Assembly (NCBI GenBank): GCA_900553395.1
Contig: USDJ01000002.1
Span: 66,525 to 130,524, forward strand
From: an uncultured Mycoplasmatota bacterium
GTDB lineage: Bacteria; Bacillota_I; Bacilli_A; RF39; UBA660
Length of the DNA stretch: 64,000 bases
Reading direction: 5' to 3'
A program made the position numbers and the translations under genes. Shown in pieces: positions 1-9,712 of this stretch. The notes below the pieces were generated by a model. That model saw only the letters and a list, made by a program, of their open reading frames with translations, did no database searches and was not told the origin of the DNA. The number at the start of each line of letters is the position of its first letter. The first letter of the stretch is position 1.

Positions 1-1126
1 ATCTATGAGGCGCTATAGTAGTGTTTAGAGCACTTATTAATGGTCTTTTATTTTTATATAAAAGCATATCTGTATATAAATAATGTTTTAAAATGTTTAA
101 TCTATGTAAATCATTTATATTAAAGTCATTTAAAGCATAAATATCTACACCAAAATTATTTAATGGATGAATTATTAATTTTAAGTAAGCATCTACTACT
201 TTTGGATTTAATATATTAAAAGGTATATTTCCCTTATTATCTACTTCAAGATATTCTTTTAATAAATCAAAATCTTTATCTTTAGAATTAAAGCTTTTAT
301 AATCTTTTAAAGTATAAGCTAATTTAACACCTTTACTCTTTAAGTAATCAGATATTAATTTAGGTTCTTTATAAACATCAGTTAAAGATTTATTTTGATC
401 TAATAAATTTATCATTAAAACTGAAATTGGAACATCATTATCCTCAAATCTTTTTACTAAACGAGTAAGGCCTATTTCGTCATAAGTATCGTTTTTGCAC
501 CACCAATTACCTAATGCATATCTAGGTATAAGTGATGGATATGAAGTAAGTGCGAAATAATCACTCAAACAAAAGTAAAAGTCTTTATTATACATAAAAA
601 CGTAAGTATCTATGCACTTCTCTTCCCTTTTTTTAAATTCTCCATTTTCAAGTATAATATAAGAGTCAGAATCATCTATAGAAGTGAATCCCTCCTGAGA
701 ATACATTCCTTTTTCTTTTACTAAGCTATTATTATTTCTATATACGATAGCATCATAATTTCTGACTTCAGGATGATTATAAAACCAAGCTTTATCATTT
801 CCAATCAAAGAAATTTTAAGATTAGAAGCCGGTGAAAACTTACCGGCATAAAAAGGACGTTCTTTTTTATAAAAAAGTTCAAAATATTTAGTTGTGATTT
901 TTAAAGTATGGTCATTTTCTTCTACTGTAAATTCTGGCTTTTTAAAGTTTCTATACCAAACAAGCTCAGTAGGTTCGTCTAAAAATATACCTGATTCACT
1001 ATATTCTAATCTAACTAGTCTTTCAGTTAATACACTAATGCGATATTTTTTACCTTTAAATACTACTTCACTATTTGCTTTAGATAATGAAGTATCGAAT
1101 TTAAAATGATCTCCTAAATTATACAT
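1..1126 (-). CDS. Glycoside hydrolase family 31 (alpha-glucosidase/alpha-xylosidase-like), N-terminal part; the gene runs off the window start
   Basis: Minus-strand ORF starting at ATG 1126 (MYNLGDHFKFD...) with an AAGGGTG SD 7 nt upstream. It is not in the ORF track because it is open to the window edge. The segment PSLIPRYALGNWWCKNDTYDEIGLTRLVKRFEDNDVPISVLMINLLD resembles the GH31 catalytic-domain entry (PxWALGxxxSRxxY ... IPxDvxwlD). The plus ORF 894..1109 inside it is spurious. Confidence 0.45.
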   Translation of the reverse strand, partial: MYNLGDHFKFDTSLSKANSEVVFKGKKYRISVLTERLVRLEYSESGIFLDEPTELVWYRNFKKPEFTVEENDHTLKITTKYFELFYKKERPFYAGKFSPASNLKISLIGNDKAWFYNHPEVRNYDAIVYRNNNSLVKEKGMYSQEGFTSIDDSDSYIILENGEFKKREEKCIDTYVFMYNKDFYFCLSDYFALTSYPSLIPRYALGNWWCKNDTYDEIGLTRLVKRFEDNDVPISVLMINLLDQNKSLTDVYKEPKLISDYLKSKGVKLAYTLKDYKSFNSKDKDFDLLKEYLEVDNKGNIPFNILNPKVVDAYLKLIIHPLNNFGVDIYALNDFNINDLHRLNILKHYLYTDMLLYKNKRPLISALNTTIAPHR

Positions 1127-1183
1127 AGTATCACACCCTTATTATTCTATAAATTATTATAACATCAGTTTTAATTTTTTCCA

Positions 1184-1211
1184 ATAGAAAAAAAGGTATT
1201 AACACCTTTTA
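1184..1211 (-). terminator. Rho-independent terminator downstream of dnaI (hairpin aaggt-gttaat-acctt plus T-run); overlaps the stop codon
   Basis: Inverted repeat aaaaggt/acctttt at 1191-1210, followed on the minus strand by TTTTTTC. Confidence 0.4.
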
Positions 1212-2099
1212 TCTTAAATTTTTACTAATTAATTCCATATCTATTGTAAGTTGTTCTACTCTAGATATAATTCTTCTAGCTTTAACTACATCAACACCAT
1301 TTTTTGAAATAGATAAGTGCTGCTCCAACTCCTTAATATTTAAATTTGAAGTAAAAAACGTAGCTAAATTATTATCCATTCTATATTGTAATAGTGGACA
1401 TAGTATTTCATCTCTATTATATGCAGTTAAATTCTCAGCACCTATATCATCTATTAAAAGTAATGGCACTTTTTTTACTTGTTCGTATTTTAAATGAAAA
1501 TCATCTTGAAATGCACCTCTTATAAATTCTGGCCAAAAAACTATTATACTTTTATAATTTTTTCGAGCTAACTCATTAAAAAGAGCTGCTATCAAATAAG
1601 TTTTACCGCATCCAAAGTTTCCATGTAAATAAAGCCCTTTGCATTTTTTACCTTCAAGGAAATCATCTAAAAAGTCCATAAGCCAATTTATTACTTCAAA
1701 TCTATTTTTATCTGTTTTATATATATCTTCAAGACTGGCTGACTTTATATTATCTGGAGTATTAAAAAATTTTATACTAGATAGATGACTATTTTTTTTC
1801 ATCATAGCAATTTTATATTTACAAGGTTTATAAGTAAAAGATATTCCACCAATATTAACTGGCAAGTAACAATAGCCTTCCATTTTATTTAAACAATTAA
1901 ATAACCCTGGACAATTTTTACAATGTTCGTATTCTTTACTACTCTCTTCTATTAAAGAAGTGTACTTTTTTAAAACCTCACTACTAAGATTTAAACTTTT
2001 TACTATTTCTTTGAAATTAGGATTTTTCAAGGCATTTTTATACTCTAAATCTAAATCAGTTTTTACTTCTTTTTCCATATCATTTAAAATATTATGCAT
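1209..2099 (-). CDS. dnaI: Primosomal helicase loader DnaI
   Basis: N-terminal Cys-rich zinc module (HCKNCPG...CLNKMEGYC), a C-terminal AAA+ Walker A (GNFGCGKTYL) and DnaC/IstB-like motifs. It lies directly downstream of a dnaB(Bsu)-like gene, as in Bacillus. Confidence 0.8.
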   Translation of the reverse strand: MHNILNDMEKEVKTDLDLEYKNALKNPNFKEIVKSLNLSSEVLKKYTSLIEESSKEYEHCKNCPGLFNCLNKMEGYCYLPVNIGGISFTYKPCKYKIAMMKKNSHLSSIKFFNTPDNIKSASLEDIYKTDKNRFEVINWLMDFLDDFLEGKKCKGLYLHGNFGCGKTYLIAALFNELARKNYKSIIVFWPEFIRGAFQDDFHLKYEQVKKVPLLLIDDIGAENLTAYNRDEILCPLLQYRMDNNLATFFTSNLNIKELEQHLSISKNGVDVVKARRIISRVEQLTIDMELISKNLR

Positions 2100-2100
2100 A

Positions 2101-3390
2101 CTAATTCCTCTTCAATCTACTTTCTAATTTTCTTATTTCATCTTGTGTAGCTTCTTCTTCTTTTATGTCTTTATTAAACCATTCAGGAGTGTCACTAGCT
2201 TCTTTAGTCTTAACTTTTTTAACATTTTTCTTCTTTTTATATTCTTCTTCTGCAATTTTCATAGCATCTTCAACAGTTTCTATACCACTTTTACTCCACT
2301 GTGACGCTATTACCTCTACAAACGATTTAATAAGTTTATTATTGTTTATTTTAAGTACATAATCAACAAGTACATTAACTACACCAGGTTTTAAGTTTAA
2401 ATCTATTAAAAGATATGATATTAAACTTAAATCGCTACTTGTTGGTGAACCCGTTTTACATTTACTATTAATAAAATCATATGGACTAGTAGTTTCAAAT
2501 AAATGTATCATTCTAGATCTATTTGATGTATCTAAGGATTCTTTTCTTAAATATTCTGGTTGATTTTTATATATAATACTAGGTAGCTTACCCATATTAT
2601 CGTATCTATAATACTTATTAGCATTTTCCTGAAGCATCTTTTTATCTATTGTATGTTTTATAGATATTGAATTTCTAATAAGTTCTATCATATCATCGTT
2701 ATCATAATTATAAATATAAGATATTTTATATAAGAATTCTTTAGTATCTTTAGTTATAGATTTTTTATTTAAAAGTTCATCACTTATTAAGCTAAGTATT
2801 GTATTTATATCTATTTTTGATAGTATTTCAAGCTTCCTATAACTAGATTTTTTTATATCATAAATAAGATTATCATTGATTGGCTCATTAGAGAACGCAA
2901 ACACATCGCTAAACTTGCTAGTAATATCATCGTATTCTCTCAAATTTATTTTAGGTACTTTAAAGTAGCTAATAGCCCTTTCATATTCTAATTTACCTAT
3001 AGCATTAAATAAAGCCATATTAAGTAAAGGATTATTTATAAATTCAGAAGCACTTATAGGTGAATATAACTCATATACGAAATTATTTATATTTCCCTTT
3101 TTAACATATGTTTTAATAAGTCCTACTGCTTCTAACTTTACTCTTGCATCTATAAATTCAGAATTACTAATCATCATATCTCTTAATATGTGATGATGAG
3201 TCCATTCGTTAGATAAAAGTTCAGATTTATCTAAATAAGACCACAAAGTATAATACAAACTAATAGCTTGAGAGCCTATTATAGGTTGATAAAGTAACAT
3301 AAGTATATTTCTATCAGAACTGTTTAGTGTTGTTTTATTAACTACTATAAAAGTATCTGCAGGAAGTACTATCATTATAACACACTCCAA
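2101..3390 (-). CDS. dnaB: Replication initiation and membrane attachment protein DnaB (Bacillus-type, DnaD-like domains). The track start is TTG at 3390; a likely ATG start is at 3375.
   Basis: N-terminal DnaD/DnaB fold signature (LLYQPIIGSQAISLYYTLW...THHHIL); position immediately upstream of dnaI with a 1-nt gap. A GGAG SD sits 9 nt before ATG 3375. Confidence 0.6.
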   Translation of the reverse strand: MECVIMIVLPADTFIVVNKTTLNSSDRNILMLLYQPIIGSQAISLYYTLWSYLDKSELLSNEWTHHHILRDMMISNSEFIDARVKLEAVGLIKTYVKKGNINNFVYELYSPISASEFINNPLLNMALFNAIGKLEYERAISYFKVPKINLREYDDITSKFSDVFAFSNEPINDNLIYDIKKSSYRKLEILSKIDINTILSLISDELLNKKSITKDTKEFLYKISYIYNYDNDDMIELIRNSISIKHTIDKKMLQENANKYYRYDNMGKLPSIIYKNQPEYLRKESLDTSNRSRMIHLFETTSPYDFINSKCKTGSPTSSDLSLISYLLIDLNLKPGVVNVLVDYVLKINNNKLIKSFVEVIASQWSKSGIETVEDAMKIAEEEYKKKKNVKKVKTKEASDTPEWFNKDIKEEEATQDEIRKLESRLKRN

Positions 3391-3452
3391 TCTATATATA
3401 GTTTAACATATTTAAAAGCAAAAAAAAAGAAAAAAGCATTTTCTTTTTTAAA

Positions 3453-3656
3453 TTATAATATTATACAAAGTACAAAGAATATAACGCCAAGGAAAGCTGT
3501 CATATAAGTTATAAATAGCTCTCCGCCTCTTTCTTTTCTATTTTTAAATAAATCATTATTTGCTCCAGACATAATAGAAGCGCCTTCTGCTTTACCACTC
3601 TGTAATAGAACAATTGCAATTAATAAAATTGATACTATAATTAATAAAGTAGTCAT
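3453..3656 (-). CDS. secG: Preprotein translocase subunit SecG
   Basis: 67-aa two-TM protein with the LLQSGK...Gly-rich loop typical of SecG. Confidence 0.7.
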   Translation of the reverse strand: MTTLLIIVSILLIAIVLLQSGKAEGASIMSGANNDLFKNRKERGGELFITYMTAFLGVIFFVLCIIL

Positions 3657-3700
3657 ATTTCCACCTCACTTTAATAATTTATCATAAAATTATTAATAAA

Positions 3701-4984
3701 TCAAGATTTATTAATAATATAGACTGTTTTATTACTTAAATCTATCTCTTTAATAATTTCTTCCATCTTTTTCATATTTAATTCATCTATTTTTTTGTAA
3801 TCATCTAATATAACTTTTTTATAATTAATTATATTGCTCATTACTTTATTATTTAAAGCATATATGCTATCACTTCTATATATACAATTACTCTTTCTTA
3901 CTTTTTTCTTTCTTTCAAATTCACTCTTATCTATAGATAAATCCTTTAATTCTTTTTCTAACAATTCAAGTACTTTTTTAGTTTCATTTGTCTCTACTAT
4001 TACTATTATTAGTATATGACTATCAGTACTTAAAATAGAAAAGTCGACATCATTAGTAATTAGGTTTTGTTTTTTTAAATTTTCATTAAATATAGAAGTT
4101 GATCCTATTTTTAAATCAAACAATATACTTAAATATGATTTAACATCATTGATATCTAATTTAACCTTAGAACAATCGATTTTGTAGCCTACTCCTAATT
4201 TTGATATTTCTATATCCATTTTAGATTTTTCTAATTTTTTTTCAACTTTATTTGGTTCATCATACTTTTTCAATTTAATTTCAGAAAATTTAGAAAATTC
4301 TTTTTTTTCTTGATTTGACTTAACAATATTTATAACATCATCTGGATCAACATTTCCCACTACTGTTAAGAACATATTGCTAGGATGATAAAATGTATTA
4401 TAACAAGTATATAAGTCCTCTTTAGTTATTGAATATACATCTTTTACTGTTCCAGCTATAGGATATTTAATTGGATGATTTATAAAAGCGTTATAAATAA
4501 TTTTACTATATATCTTAAAGAATGGATCGTCTTCATACATACGTATTTCTTGCTCTATTATACCTTTTTCTTTCTCTACATTTTCATCAGTAAAATAAGG
4601 ATCTTCTACATAATCTAATAAGTAATTAAGGTTTTCTGATAAAAAGTTAGGTCCACTAAATAAATATGTTGTTTTAAAATTAGATGTATTAGCGTTTGCG
4701 TCGCATCCTCTTTCAGAATAAAATGTGAACGGATCAACATTATCTTTTTGTTCAAACATTTTGTGTTCTAAAAAATGTGCTACGCCAAGTGGAACAGATA
4801 CCATTTTCTTTTTTCCTATTGGTACAAATTCATGATTTATAGATCCAAACTTAGTAGAAAGAGTTGCATATATTCCATTAACATTATCTTTTGGAATAAC
4901 ATAAACTTCTAATCCATTTTTAAGCTTTTCTTCATAAAGATCAAGTCCCAATCTTACTAAATTACTCTTCTTCATCTGATTCAC
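3701..4984 (-). CDS. M16 family zinc peptidase (active subunit; HxxEH motif present)
   Basis: GVAHFLEHKMF inverted zinc-binding motif of pitrilysin/M16; pairs with the adjacent M16 paralog as ymfF/ymfH-like. Confidence 0.75.
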   Translation of the reverse strand: MNQMKKSNLVRLGLDLYEEKLKNGLEVYVIPKDNVNGIYATLSTKFGSINHEFVPIGKKKMVSVPLGVAHFLEHKMFEQKDNVDPFTFYSERGCDANANTSNFKTTYLFSGPNFLSENLNYLLDYVEDPYFTDENVEKEKGIIEQEIRMYEDDPFFKIYSKIIYNAFINHPIKYPIAGTVKDVYSITKEDLYTCYNTFYHPSNMFLTVVGNVDPDDVINIVKSNQEKKEFSKFSEIKLKKYDEPNKVEKKLEKSKMDIEISKLGVGYKIDCSKVKLDINDVKSYLSILFDLKIGSTSIFNENLKKQNLITNDVDFSILSTDSHILIIVIVETNETKKVLELLEKELKDLSIDKSEFERKKKVRKSNCIYRSDSIYALNNKVMSNIINYKKVILDDYKKIDELNMKKMEEIIKEIDLSNKTVYIINKS

Positions 4985-6245
4985 CTTCTAACAAATAAAT
5001 AGTATCTAAATGTATTTTACTTGCTAATTTAACAACATCCTTTTTGCTAACTCTGTTTATTTTAGATAGTCTATCTTTTATATCATCACTGCCCAAGTAC
5101 TCCATACCTGAATAAAGACTTAAAATGCTATCTGGATTATCTTCTAATTCTTTTAAACTGTTTATGTATGTTACTTTAGCCTTTACTATATCGTCATTTG
5201 AAAATTTTCCTTTTTTCATATTTACGATTTCAGCTTTTATTAGTGATAAAGCTTTCTTGAAATCTTTTTTATTAATGCCAGCATTAATAATCATAATACT
5301 ACTTAATGGTACACCTGATGATGAAATATAATAGCACAAACTATTTTTTTCTCTAACTGTTTTAAATAACTTAGAATCAGGTCCACCACCTAATATATAA
5401 GAATATACATTCAAAACATATCTAAGTTCAAAATTTGTCATTTTATCTATTTTCATTCCAAGTACTAATTTACTTTGACTAATCTTTTGTTTTTCTTTTA
5501 CTTTTTTTGGAAATAACCTAGTTCTTTTAGGCTCTAAAAAATGTGTGTCACTAGGTTTTTTTAATGTCTTTATATTAGCAAAGTTATCTTCTATTATTTT
5601 TTTAACATGTCTTTCATTTACATTACCTATTACAAATATATCGATTATATCACTGTTTAAAATTGATTCATAATATTGATATAATACTCGAGGTGTTATT
5701 TTTTCTAAGTCTTCTAGATATCCACAACTTCTATATGACATATAAGAATTAGGAGACATATTTTCAAGCATTCTAACTCTACTAAAACCATCTGGGTTTT
5801 CTTTTTGAGATATTATATTATTTTTTAAAATGTTATAAGATAAATTAAAGTTTTCTTCATCGAATTTTGTTACACTTGTTTTAACTACATTAGGTTTAAA
5901 TATCATATCTGCTAAAAACTTAATAGACTTATCCATCATTCCTTCTTCAGTATATTCCTCATTTAAAAAAGTAACATCATAACTCATAACATTATATTTT
6001 CCAGATAAATAATTCATTCCCCTGAAGCATAATTCATATAACTCTTCAGTAGCTATAGTCATAAGTCTTTTAGTAGGATAAGCTAGCGTAGATTCACAAA
6101 GCATATTAACAATCATATTTCTATAAGTTATTTCTTCTTTTACAAGTTTTCTTTTAAAATTAACTTTAACTGTAACTGTTTTAAACTTATCGGTTTTAAT
6201 AATATGTAAATTATATGAATAATTGCTAGTCTTCTTATATTTCAT
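4962..6245 (-). CDS. M16 family peptidase partner subunit (no obvious HxxEH)
   Basis: Same length and fold pattern as the downstream M16 gene, with a 23-nt overlap; tandem M16 pairs are typical. Confidence 0.6.
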   Translation of the reverse strand: MKYKKTSNYSYNLHIIKTDKFKTVTVKVNFKRKLVKEEITYRNMIVNMLCESTLAYPTKRLMTIATEELYELCFRGMNYLSGKYNVMSYDVTFLNEEYTEEGMMDKSIKFLADMIFKPNVVKTSVTKFDEENFNLSYNILKNNIISQKENPDGFSRVRMLENMSPNSYMSYRSCGYLEDLEKITPRVLYQYYESILNSDIIDIFVIGNVNERHVKKIIEDNFANIKTLKKPSDTHFLEPKRTRLFPKKVKEKQKISQSKLVLGMKIDKMTNFELRYVLNVYSYILGGGPDSKLFKTVREKNSLCYYISSSGVPLSSIMIINAGINKKDFKKALSLIKAEIVNMKKGKFSNDDIVKAKVTYINSLKELEDNPDSILSLYSGMEYLGSDDIKDRLSKINRVSKKDVVKLASKIHLDTIYLLEGESDEEE

Positions 6246-6368
6246 TGTATCACCTCTATTTTATTATGTTCATAATATTATAAACTAATCACTAAGACAA
6301 TTATATCATACTTTCTAACTTTTCTAAAAAAAAGATAAAATAAAACTTATATTAATAATAAGTATACA

Positions 6369-6400
6369 AAAAAAGAGAATTTAAAAATCCTCTTTATTAC
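6369..6400 (-). terminator. Weak intrinsic terminator downstream of the YihY-family gene
   Basis: Inverted repeat aaagag/ctcttt with a 12-nt loop and a minus-strand T-run. Confidence 0.3.
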
Positions 6401-6444
6401 CTTTTTAGTAGTCTATGTGTACTCGGTAATTAAGTACATTATTA

Positions 6445-7269
6445 TTATTCACTAATTTCTGGTTTATATTCATAAGCCTTAACATTTATTGCTATACCTA
6501 TAACTAAAATATAAGATATTATATAGACAATAAGCATAAGTATTATAATATTAGACATACTTCCATAAAATAAGTCATAATGAGTAAAATGAGTTACCCA
6601 GTAAGAATATATTTGAATTATAACTATCCAGCAAATAGTAGTAAATGCAGCACCTAAAGTTGTATGCTTACTCATGATTTTCCAGTCTGGCGCTATTGTA
6701 TAAATAAGCTTAACATTAAAGAATATTATAAATATTGAAAATGGCCATTTTAATACCGAGAATATATTTTTGATTAAATTTACTACTGATTTATCTTTTA
6801 TATAAGATAGCGAAAACGATAGCAAATGATTTCCAAATCCTAAGAACACTAGTAAAAACATTAAGGCAAATATAATTAACACTATTAAAAATATTGCTTT
6901 TATTCTTCTTTTTATATAATCAGAATTAGGAAAACCATATAAATTATTACTTGCAAGTATTATAGCATCAGCTCCATTACTTGCTAAATAAAAACCAATT
7001 ATCATAAATATTCCAATATTGCTATCGAAACCTTTTCCATCTATAAAAGCAACTAAAACGTTTGCTACATCTTTAGGTAAAGTTGTATTTATAACATTAA
7101 TTAGTGATCCTATATTAACTCCTAACTCAGATGCTATAACTCCAATAAGTGTTAAAATTGGAAATATAGAAAGCATTAAAAAGAATGCTAAATTTCCAGG
7201 TAAATAAGCCATGCTTGGATTAAAAACTATATTCCATAACTTCTTTACATATGTTTTAATTTTATTCAT
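6445..7269 (-). CDS. YihY/BrkB family inner membrane protein
   Basis: Polytopic membrane protein of about 274 aa with an N-terminus (WNIVFNPSMAYLPGNLAFFLMLSIFP) typical of the YihY/virulence factor BrkB family. Confidence 0.6.
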   Translation of the reverse strand: MNKIKTYVKKLWNIVFNPSMAYLPGNLAFFLMLSIFPILTLIGVIASELGVNIGSLINVINTTLPKDVANVLVAFIDGKGFDSNIGIFMIIGFYLASNGADAIILASNNLYGFPNSDYIKRRIKAIFLIVLIIFALMFLLVFLGFGNHLLSFSLSYIKDKSVVNLIKNIFSVLKWPFSIFIIFFNVKLIYTIAPDWKIMSKHTTLGAAFTTICWIVIIQIYSYWVTHFTHYDLFYGSMSNIIILMLIVYIISYILVIGIAINVKAYEYKPEISE

Positions 7270-7275
7270 ATAATC

Positions 7276-7470
7276 CTACTTCTCTTTTATATGTATTAAT
7301 CCTTTTGATACTTCTTCTAATGCTTTTCCGATATTCTTAGAAGATTTATATTCGTTTAATTGGTAATATTCAGTTTCTTCCATTTCTTTAACTCTTTTAG
7401 AAACTATATTAACAAGTAAAAATTTAGATCCAACTACATTTAATAATTTATCTATTGATGGATATATCAT
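7276..7470 (-). CDS. rpoZ: DNA-directed RNA polymerase omega subunit
   Basis: MIYPSIDKLL..SKF.LV...SKR.KEM and GKALEE...GL match Bacillus RpoZ (YloH) closely. Confidence 0.6.
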   Translation of the reverse strand: MIYPSIDKLLNVVGSKFLLVNIVSKRVKEMEETEYYQLNEYKSSKNIGKALEEVSKGLIHIKEK

Positions 7471-7559
7471 AAATTCGCCTCCTTAAAATTATTAATATTA
7501 ATATAATATATATTTATTCATTATTCAAGTTATTTCCAAAAACTTGACATTTATTTACA

Positions 7560-8834
7560 TTATTTTATTATGTCTAGTATAAGTTTTGGTAAGTTACTAA
7601 GTTCTTCATCAATTTGAAAACAGTCTAATATTTGAGTCATACTTACATCTTTATCTTTTAAATAAACTTTTAGTAACTCTTCATCCTTTTCTACTTTATC
7701 TCCTACTTTTTTATTTAAAACTAAGCCTACTTCATAATCTATTTTATCTTCCAAAGTATTTCTTCCAGCACCTATTAATTTTGCAATTTCACCAAGTGCT
7801 TCAGCATCTATTTTGCTAACATAACCGCTCTTATCACTTTTTATAGAAAAAACTTTATCAGATACCTTTAAGCTTTTTATATCTCCGCCTTGATATTTAA
7901 CAAGTTCTTCAAATTTTTTATATGCCTCTCCATTATTTAATTGCTTAAATAATAAGTTCTTGGCTTCCTCATTTGGTATTTTCTTTACAGCACCTATTAT
8001 TATTGAACATAATGTTATAACAACTTCTAATAAGTCACTTGGCCCATTGCCCTTTAAAGTATCGATAGCTTCTTCTACTTCTAAAGCATTACCTATTGCG
8101 TATCCTAAAGGTTCATCCATATTAGTTATAATACAAATAGTAGGCTTTCTATAGGCTTTTCCTATTTTAACCATTAAATTAGATAGCTTTCTAGCATCGT
8201 CTAAATTTTTAATTAATGCACCACTACCTACTTTTACATCTATTAAAATTATATCAGCACCACTAGCTATTTTTTTAGACATAATACTAGAAGCAATAAG
8301 AGGTATTGAAGATACAGTACCAGTCACATCACGCAAAGCATATATTTTTTTATCGGCTGGAACCAAATTACCAGTTTGTCCTACTAAAGCTATATTTATT
8401 TTATTTACTTGCTCAATAAATTCGTCAATACTAATTTTAGTATTAAATCCTTTAATAGATTCTAATTTATCAATAGTACCGCCAGTATGACCTAGTCCTC
8501 TTCCACTCATCTTAGCTATTTTTATTCCAAGTGATGCTAAGAGTGGTCCTAAAACTAAAGTAACTTTATCACCAACACCACCAGTTGAATGTTTGTCTAC
8601 TATTATTCCATCTATTTTACTTAAGTCAATAACATCACCACTGTGAAGCATTATATCTGTCAAGTCTATTGTTTCACGATCAGACATACCATTTATTACA
8701 ATAGCCATTAAAAGTGAGCTCATCTGATAATCTTTTATGCTACCATCTAAGTATCCATTAACAAAAAATTTAATTTCATCTCTTGTAAGTTCTTCATTTA
8801 ATCTCTTTTTAGTTATTATATCTATTATAGTCAT
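7560..8834 (-). CDS. pdp: Pyrimidine-nucleoside (thymidine) phosphorylase
   Basis: Glycosyltransferase family 3 signature (DKHSTGGVGDK, SGRGLGHTGGTIDKLE) at 424 aa. Confidence 0.85.
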   Translation of the reverse strand: MTIIDIITKKRLNEELTRDEIKFFVNGYLDGSIKDYQMSSLLMAIVINGMSDRETIDLTDIMLHSGDVIDLSKIDGIIVDKHSTGGVGDKVTLVLGPLLASLGIKIAKMSGRGLGHTGGTIDKLESIKGFNTKISIDEFIEQVNKINIALVGQTGNLVPADKKIYALRDVTGTVSSIPLIASSIMSKKIASGADIILIDVKVGSGALIKNLDDARKLSNLMVKIGKAYRKPTICIITNMDEPLGYAIGNALEVEEAIDTLKGNGPSDLLEVVITLCSIIIGAVKKIPNEEAKNLLFKQLNNGEAYKKFEELVKYQGGDIKSLKVSDKVFSIKSDKSGYVSKIDAEALGEIAKLIGAGRNTLEDKIDYEVGLVLNKKVGDKVEKDEELLKVYLKDKDVSMTQILDCFQIDEELSNLPKLILDIIK

Positions 8835-8859
8835 ATTATCACCATACTAATTATAACAC

Positions 8860-8895
8860 AAAATAAAAAAACTGTTAACTATCTCTAACAGTTTT
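8860..8895 (-). terminator. Rho-independent terminator downstream of the nucleotidyltransferase gene (bidirectional geometry)
   Basis: Perfect 8-bp inverted repeat aactgtta/taacagtt at 8870-8893, with a minus-strand T-run from the A-run at 8861-8870. Confidence 0.5.
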
Positions 8896-8918
8896 ATTCT
8901 TTATATTTTAGCTTTTTA

Positions 8919-9695
8919 TTAATCAGCTATTACAAGTAAATAATTTAAACTTTCATCAAATCCTATTTTACTTTCTTTAATAGTTTTATAAAATAGATCA
9001 AGAAGACTATCCATACAACTTTCTAATTCTTCTTTACTTAAGAATTTTGGAATTGTATTATGAATATTAGATAAAAAGCAATCATTTAATTCATTGTAAG
9101 CTTTAAATTCATGCATTTTTTTACCTTCGTTTAAACCTTCTATATTCATCACATTTGTTCTAGCACTATTTAATAATTGATAAGCATATATGTAATTTTC
9201 TCTTTTAATAGCTATTTTAAATTTTCTTACTGAATATAAAAACTCATAGTTAATTTTATCATCTATTCCATAATTAGATTTTTTTTCTTTAAATATCTCA
9301 AGTCCATTTTTTAAATGTTCTCTTAATTTATTACAAGAATCTACACCGACTTTGATTTCAGTTGAACTTATTTTTAAGTCTTTTAATGGACCGAACGATA
9401 TATCAGAACTTAATCCATTTTTTAAATAAATAGATACTCCCCATATTCTATCTGACCACTTTCTTTCAACTAAAGCACCTATTTCATCGTTATTAAAAAA
9501 CGATACAATCTCATCTCTTACTACTTTAGTTTCTACATCATCTTTATATGCCATCATAAAGTCGCAATCCGAATATATATCTTTAAATCCTTTTGATGAG
9601 GATCCTATTAAGTATGTTCCAATTATATTTTCTGATAACTTTACTTTTTCAAGTATGTTGTCAAAAAATAACTTTCTATCTTCAATTTTATACAA
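8919..9695 (-). CDS. Pol-beta superfamily nucleotidyltransferase (ANT(6)/Lnu(B)-like adenylyltransferase architecture; substrate unknown)
   Basis: LIGSSSKGFKDIYSDCDFMMAY is the hG[GS]x9-13DhD nucleotidyltransferase motif; the 258-aa size with a helical C-terminal domain matches the aminoglycoside/lincosamide nucleotidyltransferase layout. It lies 17 nt downstream of the coiled-coil gene. Confidence 0.5.
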   Translation of the reverse strand: MYKIEDRKLFFDNILEKVKLSENIIGTYLIGSSSKGFKDIYSDCDFMMAYKDDVETKVVRDEIVSFFNNDEIGALVERKWSDRIWGVSIYLKNGLSSDISFGPLKDLKISSTEIKVGVDSCNKLREHLKNGLEIFKEKKSNYGIDDKINYEFLYSVRKFKIAIKRENYIYAYQLLNSARTNVMNIEGLNEGKKMHEFKAYNELNDCFLSNIHNTIPKFLSKEELESCMDSLLDLFYKTIKESKIGFDESLNYLLVIAD

Positions 9696-9712
9696 TTACA
9701 TCACTCCTAATC

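Noticed and set aside
894-1109. 71-aa plus-strand ORF at the window start
   Set aside because: It is fully contained within, and antisense to, the GH31-like coding region that runs off the window edge. It has no RBS.
7520-7559. TTGACA hexamer on the plus strand upstream of pdp
   Set aside because: There is no plus-strand gene downstream, and the candidate -10 (ATTATG) is poor. It is more likely a chance match in AT-rich DNA.
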